NCBI GenBank assembly: GCA_046734695.1
Contig: JBKPRS010000012.1
Coordinates: 1-39,118 of the forward strand
Origin: Actinomycetota bacterium
GTDB lineage: Bacteria > Actinomycetota > Acidimicrobiia > Acidimicrobiales > VFJN01
Direction of reading: 5' to 3'
Length of the DNA stretch: 39,118 nucleotides
The notes beneath the pieces were generated by a model. The model ran no database searches, was not told where the DNA came from, and worked only from the letters and a program-made list of their open reading frames with translations. Position 1 is the first letter of the stretch; each line of letters starts with the position of its first letter. The translations under genes were made by a program, and so were the position numbers. Positions 35,217 through 39,118 of this stretch are shown piece after piece.

Positions 35217-35231
35217 CGACCCGAGTGTTAG
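35217..35231. promoter_or_regulatory. Operator-like motif A, copy 7 (CGACCCGAGTGTTAG)
   Basis: 1 mismatch; in a divergent promoter next to the palindrome ACCGCA-CCT-TGCGGT (35196-35210). Confidence 0.6.
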
Positions 35232-35240
35232 TTTTCGTCC

Positions 35241-36368
35241 GTGGGAGGTCCGGAGACATCGCCGTGTGCCCTGCCCGCCCGCGCCTGGTGGGGTGACCAG
35301 CTCGTGGCCTCCTCCACCGGTGCGGTCCGGGAGGAGCGGGAGGGCGGGGCCCCACTCCTGTGGTTCCCGGCCGCGGACGTCCGCCTCGACCTGCTCCCGG
35401 AGCTGACCGAGCCGGCCCCCGGGTACGAGGTGCAGGCGGGATGGGTCACGTTCGACCACGACCGGGCCCGGGTCGAGCTGGAGGACGGCGCCACCGTCAA
35501 GCGCTTCCCGACCTGGGGTGACGCGGGCGACCTGATCGACATGCTGGACGTGCGGCCGGTGGGCGACGGCGGCTACCTCAGCGTCACCCGGTCCGACTGG
35601 CGGCGCCCGGTGACCGACGGCAGCCAGATGCTGGCCCAGGCACTGGTGGCCGCCGGCCGCCATGCGCCGGGACGGCGGGCGGTGTCCGCCCACATGGTGT
35701 TCATGCGGGCTGCCGACGCCCGCCGGCCGCTGCGCTTCGACCTCGACGAGCTGAGCGCGGGCCGCAGCTTCACGACCCTGGCCGCCCATGTGAGCCAGGA
35801 CGGGCGGGGCGTCGCCCACGGCACGCTGCTGCTCGACGCCACTGCGCCCGACGTGATTCGCCACGCCGTGCCCGCTCCGGACGTGGCCGGGCCGGAGGAC
35901 GCCGAGCCGTACGACATGTCCGTGACCGGGCGGGACCTGCGCATCGTGGACGGCGCCTACACCGGCGACCCCGACGCGCCGGTGGGCCCGCCGGTGCTCG
36001 ACGCCTGGGTGCGGTTCCGCGACGTCCCCGACGACGGCTACCTGCACACGGCCCTGCTGGCCCAGTTCACCGGGCACCTGTCGATCGCCGCCGGGCTCCG
36101 GCCGCACGCGGGGATCGGCCAGAGCCAGGCGCACCGCACCCTGTCCACCGCCATCAACGCCATCGCCCTGTCCCTCCACGGGGAGGTGCGGGCCGACCGC
36201 TGGCTGCTCTACCGCCACCGCTCGACGTTCGCGGGCGACGGCATGACCCATGCCGAGTGCCGGGTCCACGACGAGGACGGCGCACTGGTCGCCTCGTTCT
36301 CGGTCGACGCCATGGTCCGCCGCTTCGCGGGCGGCGGCACCGCGGCTGACGACAGGACGGCGTTGTGA
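35241..36368 (+). CDS. TesB-like double-hotdog protein with an N-terminal DUF427-like segment
   Basis: N-terminal GDQLVASS...LLWFPAADVRLD; C-terminal part parallels 7790-8653 (RPHAGIGQSQAHRTLST, LVASFSVDAMVR). Confidence 0.8.
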   Translation: MGGPETSPCALPARAWWGDQLVASSTGAVREEREGGAPLLWFPAADVRLDLLPELTEPAPGYEVQAGWVTFDHDRARVELEDGATVKRFPTWGDAGDLIDMLDVRPVGDGGYLSVTRSDWRRPVTDGSQMLAQALVAAGRHAPGRRAVSAHMVFMRAADARRPLRFDLDELSAGRSFTTLAAHVSQDGRGVAHGTLLLDATAPDVIRHAVPAPDVAGPEDAEPYDMSVTGRDLRIVDGAYTGDPDAPVGPPVLDAWVRFRDVPDDGYLHTALLAQFTGHLSIAAGLRPHAGIGQSQAHRTLSTAINAIALSLHGEVRADRWLLYRHRSTFAGDGMTHAECRVHDEDGALVASFSVDAMVRRFAGGGTAADDRTAL

Positions 36369-37072
36369 GCCTGACCTCGGGCCGCGGGCCACTCGGTCCC
36401 CGCCCGGCCGGGCGGTTCAGCGCGCCGATCCGGCCCGGCACCGTCTACGTCGAGCCGTTCCGCCGCCGGGTGCGGGCTGAGGCCGCGGGCCGGACCGTGG
36501 TGGACAGCGAGCAGGTGCTGCTGGTCCACCGGCCGGGCTCGCCGCCTGCCTGGGCGTTCCCGGCGGCCGACGTGGACGGGGTTGCGGCCGAGGCCGAGCC
36601 CGAGGCGCCGGGCTACGTGCAGGTCCCCTGGGACGCGGTGGACGCCTGGTACGAGGAGGGCGAGCAGGTGTTCATGCACCCGCGCAACCCGTACCACCGG
36701 GTCGACTGCGTGAAGACCCGCCGGCAGCTGCGGGTGGAGGTGGCGGGGACCCCCCTGGTCGACAGCGACGACACCCTCGGCGTCTACGAGACCGCGCTCG
36801 AACCGCGCCTCTACGTGCGCCGCGAGCACATCCGCATGGACCTGCTCGTGCCCAGCCCCACGACCACGTACTGCCCCTACAAGGGCACGGCGTCCTACTG
36901 GACCGCGGTGGTGGGCGACGTCACGGTGGCCGACGTGGCCTGGTCCTACGACGACCCGCTGCCCGAGAGCCTGCTTCTCGCCACGATGCTCAGCTTCGAC
37001 GAGGCCCGGGCCGCGGTCAGCGCCGACCTGCCGCCGCCGGCCTCACCACCCGACCCGGCCGCTCGTCCGTGA
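36365..37072 (+). CDS. DUF427 domain-containing protein (tandem)
   Basis: RRVRA...VVDS, HPRNPYHRVD, ETALEPRLY, TYCPYKGTASYW, AWSYDDP; GTGA overlap with the upstream gene. Confidence 0.88.
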   Translation: MSLTSGRGPLGPRPAGRFSAPIRPGTVYVEPFRRRVRAEAAGRTVVDSEQVLLVHRPGSPPAWAFPAADVDGVAAEAEPEAPGYVQVPWDAVDAWYEEGEQVFMHPRNPYHRVDCVKTRRQLRVEVAGTPLVDSDDTLGVYETALEPRLYVRREHIRMDLLVPSPTTTYCPYKGTASYWTAVVGDVTVADVAWSYDDPLPESLLLATMLSFDEARAAVSADLPPPASPPDPAARP

Positions 37073-38738
37073 GCTCGTCCGCCTCGACCAGGGCCCGGCC
37101 GTTGACCAGCGTGAGGTCGTAGCCGTGGGCCCGCTGGACGTAGCGCTGGGCGCCGAGGGGGAAGTCCGCCACCATCTCCGGGGCGTCGAGGCCGAGGCGG
37201 TCGAGGTCGATCACGTTGACGTCGGCGTAGGCGCCCGGGGCCAGCGCGCCCCGGTCCGGGATGCCATAGAGCTCGGCGCCTTCCCGCGTGAGCTTGTGGA
37301 CCGCGCGGCCCACGTCCAGCAGGCCCTGCTCGCGCACCCAGTGCTCCAGCAGGTAGGTGGACTGGCCGGCGTCCATGGTCAGCGCCACGTGGGCGCCCGC
37401 GTCGGCCACACCGACGACGACGTCGGGGTTGCTGAGCATCTGGGCCACGGCGTCGAGGTCCTGGTTGAGGACCGGGTAGTAGAGGAGCCCCCGGCCGCCC
37501 GTCTCCACCGTGAAGGCGACGAAGGCGCCCGCCGGCGTCGTCCCGCGGCGCTCGGCCTCGGCGGCCAGGCTGTTGGCCGGACCGACGTCGTAGTGGGCCC
37601 GGCCCGGAGGCAGCAGGTAGAGCTTGGCCGGGTCCTTGGGGGCCAGCGGGCCGGACAGGTTCCGGGGCTCGCCGGCCTCGTCCACCAGGCGAGCGCGGAG
37701 CGCCTCGTCGCCCAGGGCGGCCACCCGGTCCGGGAACGGCCGAGCCATCAGCTCGCGCCAGCTGGGCAGGTCGTCGTAGGGGGTACGGCCCACGAGGCCG
37801 TAGACGATGCCCGTGCCGCGGGCCGACGTCTGGGGCCGCAGGTCGGCGCCCCGGGCCCGGGCCTCGGCCACCTGGTCCATCACCCAGGCCCACAGGCCCG
37901 GGCGACGGTCGCTCTGGGTGATGGTGAACGTGAGCGGCCGGTCGGCGGCGCGGCTCACGGTCTCCATCCAGGTCATCTCGGCGACCGAGTTCTCCCGCCC
38001 GGGACCGTCCCGCTCGCCGATGCGGGGGACGACCTCGACGGTGCCCCGGCCCCGCTCGCCGAGGGCGTGGGCAAGGGCGGCCAGCTCCGTGGGCCGGGCG
38101 AAGGTGCCGGGGATCGGCCGGCCGTCGGGCACGGTGTGCAGGAAGCTGCGGGAGGTCGAGAACCCCAGGGCGCCGGCGTCGACCGCCTCGCCGACCAGCG
38201 CAGCCATGCGGGCCACGTCGTCATCGCCCGCGGGCGCGTCGTCCAGGCTGCGCTCGCCCATCACGTAGTAGCGGAGGGCGGCGTGGCCGATCATCCCGCC
38301 CGCGTTGACGCCGAGCGGGCGCCGGTCGAGCGCCCGCAGGTAGTCGCCGTAGGTCTCCCAGCCCCAGTCGAGGCCGGCCATGATCGTGTCGGCGGGGATG
38401 TCCTCGACCGCCTCCATCATCCCCGCCAGGTAGCCCTCCTGGCCCGGGTGGACCGGGGCGAACGTGACGCCGCAGTTGCCCAGCACCACGGTGGTGACGC
38501 CGTGCCAGCACGACGAGCTGGCCACCGGGTCCCAGAACAGCTGGGCGTCGAGGTGGGTGTGGACGTCCACGAAGCCCGGCGTCACCAGGCGGTCGCGGGC
38601 GTCGATCTCGCGCCGGCCCCGGTCGGTCACCTCGCCGACCGCGGTGATCCGGTCCCCGTCGACGGCCACGTCGGCGCTCCGGGGCCCGGCCCCGGTGCCG
38701 TCGGCGACGTCGCCCCCGCGGATCACGATGTCGTGCAC
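37017..38738 (-). CDS. N-acyl-D-amino-acid deacylase family amidohydrolase
   Basis: DIVIRGG, TPGFVDVHTHLD, GVTTVVLGNCG, ADAGAH, DRGALAPGAYADVNV. Start at 38738 or 38741. Confidence 0.9.
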   Translation of the reverse strand: MHDIVIRGGDVADGTGAGPRSADVAVDGDRITAVGEVTDRGRREIDARDRLVTPGFVDVHTHLDAQLFWDPVASSSCWHGVTTVVLGNCGVTFAPVHPGQEGYLAGMMEAVEDIPADTIMAGLDWGWETYGDYLRALDRRPLGVNAGGMIGHAALRYYVMGERSLDDAPAGDDDVARMAALVGEAVDAGALGFSTSRSFLHTVPDGRPIPGTFARPTELAALAHALGERGRGTVEVVPRIGERDGPGRENSVAEMTWMETVSRAADRPLTFTITQSDRRPGLWAWVMDQVAEARARGADLRPQTSARGTGIVYGLVGRTPYDDLPSWRELMARPFPDRVAALGDEALRARLVDEAGEPRNLSGPLAPKDPAKLYLLPPGRAHYDVGPANSLAAEAERRGTTPAGAFVAFTVETGGRGLLYYPVLNQDLDAVAQMLSNPDVVVGVADAGAHVALTMDAGQSTYLLEHWVREQGLLDVGRAVHKLTREGAELYGIPDRGALAPGAYADVNVIDLDRLGLDAPEMVADFPLGAQRYVQRAHGYDLTLVNGRALVEADELTDERPGRVVRPAAAGRR

Positions 38739-38767
38739 CACTCCACCCTTCCTATAGTGAGCATCTG

Positions 38768-39118
38768 ATGAGTGAGTCCTCACTAGATTACGCGCGCCTG
38801 CTGCCCGGGGTCGACACGCTGTGCGAGCTGCTGGTGGCGCGGCGGGCGCTCGACGTCCGCGACGGGCTCGACACCGCCACGTTCGTGTCCGGCTACCCCG
38901 GATCGCCGCTCGGTGGCTTCGACCTGGCCCTGGGGCGCCTGGGGGAGCGGGCCGCCGAGAACCGCATCGTGCACCGGCCCGGCCTGAACGAGGAGCTGGC
39001 CGCGGCCGCGGTGTGGGGCTCGCAGATGGGCGAGGCCGTTCCCTACGAGGGCGTCGACGGGGTGGTGGGGGCCTGGTACGGCAAGGGCCCCGGCCTGGAC
39101 CGCTCGGGCGACGTGCTC
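38768..39118 (+). CDS. Indolepyruvate:ferredoxin oxidoreductase family protein (5' part only)
   Basis: Not in the ORF track. Manual translation: ...DGLDTATFVSGYPGSPLGGFD...PGLNEELAAAAVWGSQ...GAWYGKGPGLDRSGDVL, open to the window end. Confidence 0.9.
   Translation, partial: MSESSLDYARLLPGVDTLCELLVARRALDVRDGLDTATFVSGYPGSPLGGFDLALGRLGERAAENRIVHRPGLNEELAAAAVWGSQMGEAVPYEGVDGVVGAWYGKGPGLDRSGDVL
38770..38785. promoter_or_regulatory. Operator-like motif B, copy 4 (GAGTGAGTCCTCACTA)
   Basis: 1 mismatch to the palindromic consensus; extra half-site TAGTGAGC at 38755-38762; divergent junction. Confidence 0.6.

Noticed and set aside
1935-36368. Canonical KstR/KstR2 cholesterol degradation cluster
   Set aside because: No kstD, ksh, hsa, ipdAB or fadE genes, and I saw no TnnAACnnGTTnnA operator, although some families (DUF35/thiolase, P450, SDR) overlap.

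Overview
Very GC-rich, gene-dense actinobacterial DNA. An Acidimicrobiia/Frankia/Mycobacterium-like origin is inferred from gene content only. Almost the whole window is one CoA-dependent catabolic island for an unidentified hydrophobic substrate. It encodes three Amidohydro_2 enzymes, four SDRs, two family III CoA-transferases, two acyl-CoA ligases, two TesB-like thioesterases, a classical thiolase, a DUF35-thiolase fusion, an enoyl-CoA hydratase, a P450, an LLM monooxygenase, an alpha/beta hydrolase, MmsA, a Liv-type ABC importer with a triple-fused permease-permease-ATPase, a double-TetR regulator, DUF427 proteins, a D-aminoacylase-family enzyme and a partial IOR-family oxidoreductase. An AT3-SGNH acyltransferase plus AftB-like glycosyltransferase pair sits in the middle. 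Reading the intergenic DNA shows two recurrent operator-like motifs: TGACC-N5-GTTAG (7 copies, all in the same orientation) and the palindrome TAGTGAG-NN-CTCACTA (4 copies). They roughly split the island into two paralogous arms. A small desulforedoxin-like repeat protein is coupled to an acyl-CoA ligase. No rRNA, tRNA, CRISPR array or mobile element was seen. All product calls come from motif recognition by eye, not database searches.
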